In this document: positions 1 to 10,900 of the stretch, piece after piece
Numbering within the stretch: the stretch's first letter is position 1
Layout: the number at the start of each line of letters is the position of its first letter
The notes under the pieces: generated by a model
Told to the model about the DNA's origin: nothing
Seen by the model: the letters and a program-made list of their open reading frames with translations, nothing else
Databases searched by the model: none
Assembly: GCA_964019335.1 (NCBI GenBank)
Contig: OZ025694.1
Location: 248,001-312,000 of the forward strand
Direction of reading: 5' to 3'
Length of the DNA stretch: 64,000 nucleotides
DNA from: Diplonema japonicum
Taxonomy: Eukaryota > Protista > Euglenozoa: Diplonemea
Position numbers and translations under genes: made by a program

Positions 1-100
1 TTTTTTCCCCGATGTTGAAGGGAGATAGATGCAGGTTTGAGTAATGAAAAAAAAAAAAAAAAAAATCTTTTTAATTTTCTTCTTCTTTTTTTTTAATATT

Positions 101-233
101 CTGTAAAACACATTAATTTCCGGAAGGAAGATTTACCGGAAGGAAAGATTACCGGAAGCTTCGGCGAACCGGGAAAAAAAAACCCCCCTTTTTTTTTTTC
201 TTTTTTACTTCCGGTAATTTATTTGTTTTACAG
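101..233. mobile_element. MITE with CTGTAAAAC...GTTTTACAG ends (same terminal 9-mer as the pogo-like element at 22870)
   Basis: Terminal inverted repeat ctgtaaaaca/tgttttacag and internal ccggaag repeats; the TA target duplication is not retained. Confidence 0.6.
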
Positions 234-399
234 CATTTTTTTTTTCTCCCTTTTTTTTTTCCCCCCTCCTTCCCATCAAATTTCTGAATAACTAAAAAAA
301 GATTTTTTTTTTTGACCTAAGAGAACGCTGTCTTTTTTTTTTTGAGATTCCTATGAATAATAAAGTTGGAGGGGTATAAAAAAAAATCAAAAGAATAAG

Positions 400-1068
400 A
401 TGGATTTCAAATTTCCCAGCGCAAAGTTCTCCAATCGGCTGGAAACACTGCCACAAGGGGAGCAAGGGTACATGTTCATCATAATGGGCGGGTCCTTCAG
501 CCCGATCCACAAATCGCATCTGAAGTGCATGGAGGCTGCTAAGGAACGCTGCGAGGCTGAGGGGTACGCAGTACTGGGTGGCCTCTTAGTGCCGTCTACT
601 GACAGGCATGTGATGTACAAACTGGGCGACGAAGGGTTAAAAAAAGAAGTCAGGAACAAGCTGTGCCAGGACTGTGTGGAGGACAGTGACTGGATTGATG
701 TGCTTACTTCGGAAAAAAACTATGCCGACACAAGAATGGTAAGGTGGAACCTTACTAATGCACTGCCTGAGGTGTTGGACATATGCCCGGATGACATTAC
801 CGTCTACGAGCTGTATGGCTCTGACATTGTGAGTACCTCTTCAGAGAAGCTACTCGTCGTTGTTCGCGACCCCTCGCATGCACAACACCTACAAGAAGCT
901 ATAGACAGTGGAATGGCCAACCCTGGATTTTATCTCATATCTGATCCTTCTATAGAGCCCTTCTCCAGCACCGCTGCTCGGTTGGCGGTTCAGAACAGGG
1001 ATGTTGTCGCCCTGCGCACAATGCTCCCTCACAAGGTCCTTCTTGAGCTCTACCCTTGGGCCGTCTAA
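400..1068 (+). CDS. NMNAT: Nicotinamide/nicotinate-nucleotide adenylyltransferase-like (cytidylyltransferase fold)
   Basis: GGSFSPIHKSH (GSF.P.HxxH), DSDWIDV, YGSD and SSTAAR motifs; A-rich leader. Confidence 0.8.
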   Translation: MDFKFPSAKFSNRLETLPQGEQGYMFIIMGGSFSPIHKSHLKCMEAAKERCEAEGYAVLGGLLVPSTDRHVMYKLGDEGLKKEVRNKLCQDCVEDSDWIDVLTSEKNYADTRMVRWNLTNALPEVLDICPDDITVYELYGSDIVSTSSEKLLVVVRDPSHAQHLQEAIDSGMANPGFYLISDPSIEPFSSTAARLAVQNRDVVALRTMLPHKVLLELYPWAV

Positions 1069-1204
1069 AGAGGTTGGTGTGACAATCGGAGAAAAAAAAA
1101 AAAAAGAAAAAAGAAACGATGATGACAAAAATAAGAATTAAACACTTCCCCGCCCCCATTCCCCGTTTGCCCTAGCCCTTTATGGGGGGAGGAGGGTGGG
1201 ATTC

Positions 1205-1235
<31 letters not shown>

Positions 1236-1662
1236 TCGTACTAACCCCGGTTAAAAAAAAAAAAAAAAAAAACAAAAAAAAAAACGATTTTGACTCCCTC
1301 TCTTTTTTTTTTCTTCAAACAAATGGAGTTTCGAAACTCCTGATTCTTTTCTCGTTTCAGTGCTGTAGGAACTCGAAGGACGAGGCCATTCTTCGCATCA
1401 GGACAGACAGCGCAGAAGACGGAGTTGAAGGACTACGACAAGCTTTAAAGGCGACAAGATATCGATAGGGAGGAAGGCTATGCATTAATACATAGAAACT
1501 CGCACCACAAGAGGCTGTCCTCAAGTGGTTTAGTTTTGAGTTAAATCTTGAGTTTTCTTTTGTTCCTCCTCCCATGCTCTGCTTCTTCCCTTCTCAACAC
1601 GACTCAATCACATATCAGTGAACACTTGCTAAAAGAAAAAGAACACACACGCAAAACGAGAA

Positions 1663-4116
1663 ATGTATTCACCCCAGCACCTTGAGAAGTACAGGAAAGG
1701 GGAGCGCCTCGGAAAAGGGGGCCAGGGGTCGGTGTACAAGGCGGTGAGGGTGGCGGACGGGAAGGAGTTCGCAATGAAGTTGGTAGAGGCGGCGACAAGG
1801 GAGGAGCACGAGAGGCACGTGAAGGAGGTGGTGAACATGCTGCAGCTAAAAGACGAGAAGGTGGTCCCGTGCTTTGACTACTTCGAGACGACAAGGGAGC
1901 TGGCTGCTGGGGTGACGCAGTGGAAGCTCCACATCGTGATGCCCCTGTACACTGGAGGGGACTTGCAGAAGCTTCTGGAGAGGGAGGGACCGCTCTCTCG
2001 GGAGATGGCAGTGAACCTCCTCCGGGAGATGTCGGAGGCGCCTACTTGCACGGGAAGGGTTGGATCCACAGGGACGTGAAGCCTCAGAACATCATGGTGG
2101 TGTCGGGGGGCGACAACAACAACAACAACAACAACTCTGAAGGGAAGACGGGGTTCGTTCTGGCGGACCTGGGATTGTCGAAGTCTGTTGTTGGTGCAAG
2201 TGGTAGCTGTCTTTCTGGGGCCACCAAAAGCCTTGTGGGGACACCTGCCTTCATGGCACCCGACTTTCAAGGTACATCGTACACCAACAAGGTGGACATG
2301 TGGGCCCTCGGGGTGACGGTGTGCCTCGCCGTTCTGGAGAATGAGTGGCTGAGGGAACGCTTCCTGAATTACCTGGGGGAGAACCACGACTTTGTGATGG
2401 GTGAGCTGGAAGAACGCCTCCCGAAGCTTGTGGGAGAGTCTGTGGGGACCCTGCTGCTGCGCCTCCTCTGCGTGGACCCTTCGGAACGCCCGACCGCTTC
2501 TGAGGTTCTGTCTGTGGTGGGGGCTGCACCGGTGTGTGTGGTGGACCCTTCGAAGGAGACAGCTGTACCTGACGAGGCAGCTGTACCTGCGAAGACGAAG
2601 GTGTTGACGATGATGCTTCTGGCCTTCGTGGACTTCGGTGGTGAGGAGAGGAGGAGGCTACTCTGTGTGGCTCTGGGGTCGGGTATAAAAGAAGTTCGGG
2701 TGGCGGCAGAAGAGGCCTTCGCGAAGGACGGGCTGGGACGGGTGCGCAGGATGGAGGTCTTCAACAGCAACTTCAAACTGTTCGTGGATGTCGACAGCGA
2801 GACTGTTTTCGAAGACGGGGTGAAGGTGAAGGTGTACCCGAAGCTCAACTTGAACATAGACGCAAACAAGCTCATCTGGAAGGAAGCATTCAAGAGGAGG
2901 GGACTCGTTGCGGAGTGGGAACAAGGCGTGGAAGTGTTATTGAGAAAGATGCTGGTGCATGTGAAGCACGACGAGCTTGAGTTGCTTACTCAGCTGAAGG
3001 AACACCCACCGTGCTTGGTGATTGACTTCACAGGGGCTTCCCTGGTTCATGTGGAGGAGAGGTACGTCCCCATTGTGACTCGCTTTGAACATGTGGTCCT
3101 GAAGGGCGTACAAGGCGACATCGCTGATCACTTCCTGGCATCCACTTCGTCGCGGCTGAGGTCACTACGCATCTCTCTCGACTCCCCTGTTTGTGCAGGG
3201 TCCGTCATCAGGATTGGCAAACGGTTCTTGAATGGAAGCGTCTTCCTTCGGGCCGTGGATCTCTCACCTCTTTCCAACATTACCAGCATCGGCAATAAAT
3301 TCTTGTACAGCTGCACCTCGCTTCAGGCTGTGGATTTCTCACGTCTTTCCAACATCACAAGCATCGGCAATAAATTCTTGTGTTGTTGCACCTCGCTTCA
3401 GGCTGTGGATCTCTCACTTCTTTCCAACGTCACCAGCATCGATCATTTGTTCTTGTCTGGGTGCACCTCGCTTCAGGCTGTGGATCTCTCACCTCTTTCC
3501 AACATCACAAGCATCGGCAATGAATTCTTGTGTGAGTGTATTTTGCTTCAGGCTGTGGATCTCTCACCTCTTTCCAACATCACAAGCATCGGCAATGAAT
3601 TCTTGTACAGGTGCACCTTGCTTCAGGCTGTGGATCTCTCACCTCTTTCCAACGTCACCAGCATCGGCAATATACTCTTGTCTGGGTGCACCTCGCTTCA
3701 GGCTGTGGATCTCTCACCTCTTTCCAACATCACAAGCATCGGCAATGGATTCTTGTACAGCACCTTGCTTCAGGCTGTGGATCTCTCACCTCTTTCCAAC
3801 GTCACAAGCATCGGCAATGAATTCTTGTGTGGGTGCACCTTGCTTCAGGCTGTGGATCTCTCACCTCTTTCCAACGTCACCAGCATCGGCAATATACTCT
3901 TGTCTGGCTGCACCTCGCTTCAGGCTGTGGATCTCTCACCTCTTTCCAACATCACAAGCATCGGCAATAGATTCTTGGACAGCTGCACCTCGCTTCAGGC
4001 TGTGGATCTCTCACCTCTTTCCAACATCAAGCATCGGCAATGAATTCTTGTGTTGGTGCACCTCGCTTCAGGCTGTGGATCTCTCACTCATCAAAAGAAA
4101 GAGAAAGTGTAAGTAA
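1663..4116 (+). pseudogene. Ser/Thr protein kinase fused to about 11 tandem 25-aa LRRs; two frameshifts (~2040, ~4028), so pseudogene or assembly indels
   Basis: GKGGQGSV and AMK in ORF 1663. HRDVKPQN, DLG, GTPAFMAPD and DMWALG in ORF 1920. 75-bp LQAVDLSPLSNITSIGNxFL repeats from 3247 to 4090. The last full unit lacks 'ca' relative to the other units. Confidence 0.8.
3247..4090 (+). repeat. 75-bp tandem coding repeat (BspA/TpLRR-like leucine-rich repeat), about 11 units
   Basis: Near-identical units cttcaggctgtggatctctcacctctttccaac.tcac.agcatcggcaat. Confidence 0.95.
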
Positions 4117-4179
4117 GTGTGATAAAAGAAGAAGGACACCGAAGTCTTGACACTTTTTGATTTTCATAATTTATTTTAC

Positions 4180-6652
4180 CAGTTTGAAGAGAGGCCGCAT
4201 CAACCGATCTACACAAGACGCTGATGTCACCATACCAAAACGAGAAAGAGGGTAGGCCCGAGTGGTTCATTTTTCTTTTAAGAATCCGAAGAGCCGCTAG
4301 ATCACAGACCTATTACTGTATCGAGCGCATTCTATCGGCTCTGGGCTGGCGCACGACTACCAGCCATCCTCGAATGGCAAGAGGAGTGGATTACTCCGCT
4401 CCAATTCGGCTTCAGACCGGAACACAGCACAGGTGACCTCCTCGCGAAGGTCTGCACCAGTGTGGAGTTGGCAAAAGTATCTGGCAACCACCTTTGGGGT
4501 CTCTCGGTCGACTTCAAGAAATGCTTTGACTCTGTCCCCCACGCACTCACGTTCGAACTGGTCGATCGGTTAGGCCTAAGCCAGCTCATCCTGAGACCGA
4601 TCAAGGCCATCTACTCTGACCTAATCCGCCGCCTACGTTTCCCCGTGGGAGTAGGTGCTCCATTCCGAACCACGAATGGAATACTCCAGGGATGCCCGAT
4701 ATCGCCCGTTTTCATCAACGCAATCCTTGCCATCTTCACCAAGAAATGTACGGCAAATCCAAGAAACGCACACCCAGTGTCATATGCAGACGACCTTAAC
4801 TTCACGTCAATTACCTCGGAGGCCGCGGTTCAGCGTTCCGTAAATCTACTAGGCAGCCTTTGCAAGCTCACGGGGATGACCGTACACCCGAAGAAGACCA
4901 GGTCATTTGGAACGAAACCCAAATACCGGGGGAATGTGAAGTTGAACGGAGAGACCTTTGCCACGACCAGTAGTCTGCAAATCTTAGGGGTACAAATCTA
5001 CTTCCAGCCGAGCAGGAGGGATAACTCGAGGGTCCACAAAGCCCTGGCCGAAATAGAACGCCTCGCCTCAACTAGGCTATACCACGATCGCAAGGTACGG
5101 ATCATCGCAGAGAACATCCTGCCATCCGCCTTCTACGGCATCCTGTTCGACCCGATCCCGGACTCTTGGCTGGAGAAATTGAAAAAGCGGATCACTCTTT
5201 GCGTCTGGGGTGCCCGCAACCCAATGCGCTCCGCCAGCGCCCTGCTGGGAATTGCCCATAAGGGACACACCCTGGACCCGTACTCTACTGCGATCTACAA
5301 GGCCATCTCTACTCTGGGACGACTTTGCACACGACATTCGAACAAGTCCCTTTTCATATCATGCTGGGAAGCGTACAGGAGAGCAAGGGATCAAGGCTCT
5401 ATCTTTTCCGATGGGACCATTTGCCAATGCAGACCTATGGCTCCGAGAAATAGGGTCAAGGTGGAAGGACTTCCAGACGAAGATACTACCGCAAGGCAAA
5501 CAGCTCCTGAAACACGAGATCAGGACGCTGCTGAAAGCCAAACTACGTGAGGATCTGGCCGAAGAGCGAGACACCTACCAGGGGGTCGAAACAGGCATTG
5601 ACGAGGAGAAAACGAACTTCCTCCACAACGAGGTGACGACCACCAACCCACAGAAAGCAAGGAGGATACTTTGTGCCATTGCGGGCGCGATGCTTCCCCT
5701 ACACCCCAGAGCTTACGGCGACATGAACGGCTCACATACGAAATGCCTGGGGTGTGGCACACCATATAACATTGGGAACGGGACCAGCTCCCTACTACAA
5801 CATACGATCTGGCAATGCCCAGCGCACGCCGACTGCAGAACGACCAACACTGACCGCATTCGGCTGGTGCAAGACCACGTCAGCTGGCCAAGCTGCGCCC
5901 GACTACACGGCATTATTACCTCTGATATGGACATAAGCCTGACAAGTGTCAAGGAACTACACCTGATGTTTGCGGAAATTGCGGGGAAACTCGAGAGCCT
6001 GCACACCGAGAAGCAGGTCAGATACGACAATCTGCACTTCTGGAAAAGACCATTCCAACCGGGAAACCTATTAGAACCGAAACCCCTCATTTGGTATCAC
6101 AAGCACGGGCTGGGGAAGAAGTACTTCCCGGGGCTGATCCCGTTTGTCCTCAAATGGCTGAGTGCCCTGAAATGGGGCAAGGATGGAGGGCAAGTGTCCA
6201 AGGCGGAGCTTGCTGTCGACTTCATAGCAACGGAGAGAATCCACATGGGTGGTGAAGACCTGGCATGCTGGGCTAGGAAAATCGGAAGAATCCTCAACGT
6301 CCTGGACAGGGCACACAGAACAGGAACGGGGAATCACCTGATTCCAGCAGAAACTAAGAAGTCAGTACACTCACTGCGTACCCTGGGGCTCCACAGCCAT
6401 TCCATCATTGGATACTCCACTCGTCCGGTCTTCGCGTCCCCGAAGGCAACCCATCCGATCCTAGAGGAGCAATTGTGAACGCATTGCATCCTCAACAACT
6501 CGCTAGTCGGTTTCACGCCCAAGCTGCTGATGAGATACTACGACGGGCCTAAGGCACTACCACGACAGAAGGGATCAAACACTAGATGAGTTGATTGTCG
6601 TTAGGCGATCCTGTCACATACTGCAGGTTCCCTTCAAAGACATCTTTTAATC
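4180..6652 (+). mobile_element. 5'-truncated, frameshifted non-LTR retrotransposon (RT + CCHC knuckle + C-terminal ELAxDF domain)
   Basis: RT motifs RPITVSS..YRLW, QFGFRP, DFKKCFDSV, GILQGCPISP and YADD; CLGC..HTIWQC knuckle; frameshifts near 5400 and 6478; reading ends QKGSNTR* at 6589. The 5' boundary is approximate. Confidence 0.9.
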
Positions 6653-7242
6653 TCTTTCTTAGGTAGAAGGTCTGTAGTCGATGTGCAGAAACAACGAAAT
6701 CACTCTCCTATTCTTTTTTTAAAAAGAGGCTCACGAAAGACCTCCATTAGCTCATATTTACTTTTTCTTTATCAATCATTGAGTTTTGTTTCCTTTTCTC
6801 ATTTATTTCTTTGGGGCAGCAGGACTTTACGGGTCCAGGTGATGACAGCACCTGGGGCCACGTGACAAAACGGCAAAGGGGGATCAAAAGGTACCCCTCA
6901 TGCCCAGAAGACATGATGGTCAATAACTATGCTCAGGTCTTGTTTTACATGAAGCGTCACTCTAGGAACAAAAAGCACATCTGGTCGCCTCTCTCAACAG
7001 ACGAAGGGGAGAGGTGGGCTTGGCAAGCCAGTAGGATGTGTCTAAAAAAAAAAAAAAAAAAAGCTTGCACCCAGCGTGGCGTGGAGTGTGGGGGGTCTTT
7101 GTGAAAGCAACCCTTCCTTATTTTAATACCTTTTGGTGGTTTTAAAAGTCTAAATTCTCCCCCCCCCCCCCCCTTTCCCTGTCCAAATACATACCTATCA
7201 CAGACTGAGTTTGAGCAAAAAAAAAAAAAAAAAAACAAGGAA

Positions 7243-7899
7243 ATGACATCGAGAGGCATAGTGGTTAACATCACCTCAGACATCCTGTGTCCCTGGTGCT
7301 GGGTAGGGAAGAGGAGTCTGGACGAAGCGGTAAGGACCGGGAAGAATGAGGTGACCGTGAGATGGCACCCTTACTTCCTCCACAAAGATGTTCCCGAGGA
7401 AGGTGTAGACAAGCTGAAACACTACAAAAAGAGATTTGGAAAGGCAAACGCACTGAAACTGCTGACCGACAAGGACTCAGAAGTCCAAGTAGCAGGGAGG
7501 GATCTGGGACTCGAGTTCAACTGGTCCAAGGGAACAATTCTATCAAACGCGATGAAGGGCCACCGCCTGCTGTGGTATGTAATGGACACCCACGGCCCCG
7601 CCAGCCAACACAACCTCATGGACGCAATGTTCTACCGATACTTCACGTTGAATCACGATATAGGCAGCGATGAAGTTCTCCTGGATGCCGCCAGGTCTGT
7701 GGGGCTCCCCTGTGATGAAATCTCCGCGTTCTTATCCACAAACAGCTACCTAGCAGAAGTCAATGACTTTGCTGCGAAAAATAACACCAATGTGAAGACA
7801 ATCCCCCACTTCGAGTTCAGCAGGGAAGGCGAGGAAACACCTTTTGAAATATGCGGCGGTAAAACGATCGATGGCTTCTCAAAGGTTATCAATACTTGA
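7243..7899 (+). CDS. DsbA-family thioredoxin-fold oxidoreductase (FrnE-like)
   Basis: SDILCPWCWVGKR (CxxC), WHPYFL and C-terminal TIPHF cis-Pro loop. Confidence 0.85.
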   Translation: MTSRGIVVNITSDILCPWCWVGKRSLDEAVRTGKNEVTVRWHPYFLHKDVPEEGVDKLKHYKKRFGKANALKLLTDKDSEVQVAGRDLGLEFNWSKGTILSNAMKGHRLLWYVMDTHGPASQHNLMDAMFYRYFTLNHDIGSDEVLLDAARSVGLPCDEISAFLSTNSYLAEVNDFAAKNNTNVKTIPHFEFSREGEETPFEICGGKTIDGFSKVINT

Positions 7900-7974
7900 T
7901 ATTTAAAAAAAAAGTTTTTTTTTTCCCCCCCTCCCCGTTTTAAATTATCATTCAGGGGGGGAAAAAAAAAAAAA

Positions 7975-10900
7975 ATGAATAACGCACCGCAAGATGCGGT
8001 GCAAAAGCTGAAATGTCGTGTGGCGCAGAACTTCTCCCTATTGCGGCTGCGGATGTTTCGCAAGCTGGATTTTCTCGTGAAGGACAGCGATTTGAACATG
8101 TTAACAGAACACAGCCAAGGACCGCTTCAAGAAGAAATGGTCGTCTATTCAGAAGAAGGGTACCACCTCAAAGAAATCACTAGTTCCACCGACATTGATT
8201 GCCAGTTCAAAACGTTCCTGGCAGAGGTGGGAGACAGGAAGCAGGCTTACGACGATGCAAACCCAAACCTTGCAGAACGCGACGCCCATTACGTAAAGGA
8301 GATACAGTCCCTTCAAGCTGTCATAGAAACGAAGTCCATTCAAATCGACAAACTAACCGGCAAGATCTTCCAGCAGAACGAGACCTCGAGGAACATGATA
8401 AACAGCTTTCTGAAAGAAGTCTGCATCTTACGGGAACAGCTCTACCGGTCGTACCGTGATAAAAGCTGCTTCGGCCGCCCTGTTGACATGATTGAAACTG
8501 TTTTAGAGGATTCCGAGGGCAACCCTTTAGGCACGTCAATCGACCAATTGTTAGGGTATCGAACCGCTGTGCTTGGTGACAGGGAGCGGACCAAGTTGAT
8601 GGAAAAGAGCATCGAGGAGGCTCGTGACCGATTGTCGCAAGGGTACGAAGTTCTTGAAAAGCGTACAAAGCATCTTATTGAGCTGGAACAGGTCACGGAG
8701 AGACAGAAACAAACGATTGCCGAGCAGCGCAGCGAGATCTTCTCGTTAAAGTCGTCCCTTGCTGTTGCTGAGGATCAGATCTGTGATCAGGACGCCCAAA
8801 AGGAAGAGCTCGAGCTTAAACTGTCGCTGGCGAGGGACGTCCGGCCGTCCCACCTCGTCATCGAACCCAAGCAGATGGAAACAGGGCTCGACCCTTTTCA
8901 AGAACACTTCGAGAAAAGCGCGCACTCGCAGTCCTTTTCCAACAACAGCACAACCGAGCAACTAAACCCGCAGAACGAAAGCAAAACGGATGCCGAATGG
9001 GACGACGGGACATCTGTAGGGAACGAGCATTCCCATCACGATGACGAACAAGAACAAGAACAATATCCAGAACAAGAACAAGAACCAGAACCAGAAGAAC
9101 AAGAACAAGAGAAACCGGAAGAAACGGTTCAGGAACAACAAAGCGAAGAGGAAGGGGAGCAGGAAGAAGAAAGGGAAAAAGAAAGGGAAAGAGAAGAACC
9201 GGAATTGGAGGTCTCACTTGTGGGCGACAACAACAACGACAACGACAACCGAAAACCATCGACCAATAATCGACAGAATCTGCAGACCAAAACCCCGCTT
9301 AAAAAGCTGCCCTCCAGCATCAGACGTAGCATGACCCCACTATCGACAAACGCTCCCACCAACGGAAGAAAATCCTTTACCCACCGCTGCTCTACCCTGC
9401 TCAGACGCAAGATAGACTCCACCTCTAAGGCAACGCAGACGACTCCACGAGGCAGCACAGGAAACTCTTTGCAGAAACCCGATGCTCTTGGAAAGGCCCT
9501 GTTTAAGGTGCTGCGAAGGAAAACACATCGAGAAGCTGGTGTGGCCGCGTTCACAGGGCTTTTGAAGAAAAACAAGAAATCTGTCTCCCTCCCTGTCGCG
9601 GCGAAGGACAAACGGGAAAAGAAAAAGGAGCAGAAACAAAAACCCGAGCACAGAACGATCAAAGACATAAAGCACACACACCAAGAAAAAAGGATAACAG
9701 ACGCAGTGAGGGATGACGAACCCGAAGGCGACCGTCTGGCACGGCCACCGCAATCGCCAACTTCTGTTCGGAAAACAACAAATATTAAAACAACAGCCGA
9801 CAACAACAACAACAACAGAAAACCGCGGCAGCCAAGTACAGTATCGTTCAGCGAGGAGCTGGAGGATAGGGGGGACAACAACGACATGGTGGAAGAGCGA
9901 GGTCAAGATGAAGAAAGCAACGCCAGCAACGAAGAAGAAGAGGAAGAAGAAGAGGAAGAGGAAGAACAACAATCACCGCTTTCCGCCGAGACCGAATCAG
10001 ATCAAGAGCAAACAGCCGACCATCCAAACATGCTCCCCCCCATGTCTGCTACCATCGCCACGCTCCAACCCACCTCGGGACAGGCCGTCTCAGGCAACGT
10101 CTTTAAACGCCTGTCAAAAATGTGCATCACCGCGACACGGCAAATGAAAAACACAGTGACCACGACACCTACAACACATAACGAAGCATCTTCAGAAGTA
10201 GATTGGAAACAGGTAGCCGAGGAATACCGATTGGAACTAGAAAACAAAACCAAAGCACTGGATGAGGTGATACAGTACGGGGAGGAAGTCGAGGACAGCC
10301 TGGGGAAGAAGGAGAAGGACGTGAGCACGCTGGAGATGTGGGTTGAAAAGGCAACCGTCATGAAAACAAATCTCGACGAGGCGCGCGCTGCGATGGAAGA
10401 ACTGCAGCAGGACAACAACAACCTGGAGGAACATATTTCGGAGCTTGAAACCACCGTCGCCACCGTCGTAGACCACGGGGTAGGGGCATCGACCCAGCTC
10501 GCCGATAAACTCCGAGAGAGCTTGACACAGGTTCGAACATTAAACAAGAAAAACAGGGTTTTGGAAGCCGCATTCGTGTACCACAAACGAAAAATCCGAG
10601 ATCTCAAAACCGCGCACGGCTTGGAGGCATACAAGAAAACCGTTCAAAACCGCGAGCGCTCCAAATACAACAGAGAGCTGACACTGCAAAGCGAGGAGTT
10701 CAAAGCCGTCATCTCCTCTCTTAAGATAGACCTAGAAAAGGCCGCACAGGCAGCAACGCAAACACGCGAGAACCTGAACATGAAGTTAGAGGACAAAGCC
10801 ATGCAAGTCAAACAAATCGAATCCGCTGTCACAACTCTTGAGAGCAAGGCCATGGCCTTATCAGTCACAGTGACAAGACTTCAAGAGGAAAACAGAATCC

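Noticed and set aside
3247-4090. CRISPR-like array
   Set aside because: The units are in-frame LRR coding repeats whose variable parts are homologous to each other, and no cas genes are present.
4252-4282. GT-AG intron inside the retrotransposon 5' region
   Set aside because: Removal does not restore the RT frame.
3247-6589. DGR-like system (variable repeats next to a reverse transcriptase)
   Set aside because: The RT is a truncated non-LTR type. There is no separate template repeat, and AAC/AAT codons in the repeats are almost invariant, unlike adenine-specific mutagenesis.
6526-6590. Hammerhead ribozyme at the retroelement end (CTGATGAG)
   Set aside because: No downstream GAAA core or compatible stems; the motif lies in coding sequence.
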